A stretch of DNA of 17,444 nucleotides from Candidatus Bipolaricaulia bacterium (GTDB taxonomy: Bacteria; Bipolaricaulota; Bipolaricaulia; JBHIAT01): the NCBI GenBank assembly GCA_046758705.1, contig JBHIAT010000067.1:1-17444 (forward strand), given 5' to 3'. Both the position numbers and the translations under genes were made by a program. Of the stretch, positions 16,972 through 17,444 are shown piece after piece (within the stretch, counting starts at the first letter, position 1; each line of letters starts with the position of its first letter). A model generated the notes under the pieces. That model did not search any database, was not told the origin of the DNA, and saw nothing but the letters and a program-made list of their open reading frames with translations.

Positions 16972-17018
16972 TTGACTTCTTGCTCATTAACCCATAGAGT
17001 TGTCTGTGATGAGCAAGA
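16972..17018 (+). promoter_or_regulatory. IS607 tnpA promoter with flanking 10-bp inverted repeat
   Basis: TTGACT(16972-16977)-17 nt-TAGAGT(16995-17000); TCTTGCTCAT(16978-16987)/ATGAGCAAGA(17009-17018). Confidence 0.65.
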
Positions 17019-17420
17019 TTTACAGGATTGGTGAATTTGCAGAGCGGATTGGCAAGTCTCCGTCGACGCTCCGACGCTGGGACAGCGAAGGTTGCTCCCA
17101 GCGAAGCGTACATCCGGCGCTCAGCTGACTATGACGAGTCCGTGATCGAGCGTATCGAAGCGGGCAAGATCAAGCATTTAGTCATTGCCCATCAGGATCG
17201 TTTGGTCAGGTTCGGATTTGACTTCTTCCTGGGGTTTGCCCAAAGGCATGGTTGCCCAGTGACGGTCGTCAACCAAGAGCAACTATCCCCTGCGCATGCG
17301 CAAGAGATGGTTGAGGACTTGATGACCATCGTTCACTGTTTTTCTTCTCGTCTCTATGGATTGCGTAGCTACAAGAAACAGATACAGAGACAGATAAGGG
17401 AAGCTGCCGAGGATGGCTAA
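17009..17420 (+). pseudogene. tnpA: IS607 TnpA serine transposase pseudogene (frameshifts and internal deletion)
   Basis: From ATG 17009: MSKIYRIGEFAERIGKSPSTLRRWDSEG (MerR-like HTH). A shifted frame gives LLPAKRTSG, and a third gives YDES joined directly to IERIEAGKIKHLVIAHQDRLVRFGF...EMVEDL...SRLYGLRSY. The YxRVS catalytic segment is absent. Confidence 0.88.
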
Positions 17421-17444
17421 AGTCACACGTATTGCCTACAGCAA
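17413..17444 (+). CDS. Probable start of IS607-associated TnpB (partial, MAKVTRIAYS...)
   Basis: ATG overlaps the tnpA 3' end by 8 nt and the frame is open to the window edge; only 10 codons are visible. Confidence 0.55.
   Translation, partial: MAKVTRIAYS

Larger units (their letters stand above)
16962..17444 (+). mobile_element. Left part of a decayed IS607-family element (left boundary approximate; continues beyond the window)
   Basis: Serine-recombinase tnpA remnant overlapping the start of a second ORF, the usual IS607 tnpA-tnpB layout. Confidence 0.8.

Noticed and set aside
17028-17420. ORF-track 130-aa protein as an intact gene
   Set aside because: Its first ~33 residues are off-frame to the real HTH; it is part of the tnpA pseudogene.

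Overview
Bacterial chromosomal window of moderately high GC. Left half: tRNA-Cys(GCA), an unannotated SD-led hydrophobic 41-aa ORF with a CTG start, and a peptide/amino-acid scavenging block (S9 peptidase, five-gene Liv-type ABC transporter, divergent M20 peptidase), then a leaderless DinB-family gene. Centre: a 1295-bp non-autonomous tnpB-only IS200/IS605 element (9194-10488). Both ends, the TCAT target, the guide tetranucleotides and an omegaRNA scaffold can be read from the sequence. It sits inside codon 3 of a SAM methyltransferase gene that also carries a frameshift. Right half: a TPR plus DUF1349-like protein, an orphan PstS-like lipoprotein, a truncated nucleotidyltransferase, a translationally coupled three-gene cassette (TIGR04255-like, uncharacterised 148 aa, HEPN-like) that is the best candidate for an undescribed tripartite toxin-antitoxin or defence system, an L-fucose/L-arabinose isomerase family gene, and the start of a decayed IS607 element. 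All family calls come from motif recognition by eye; no searches were run.
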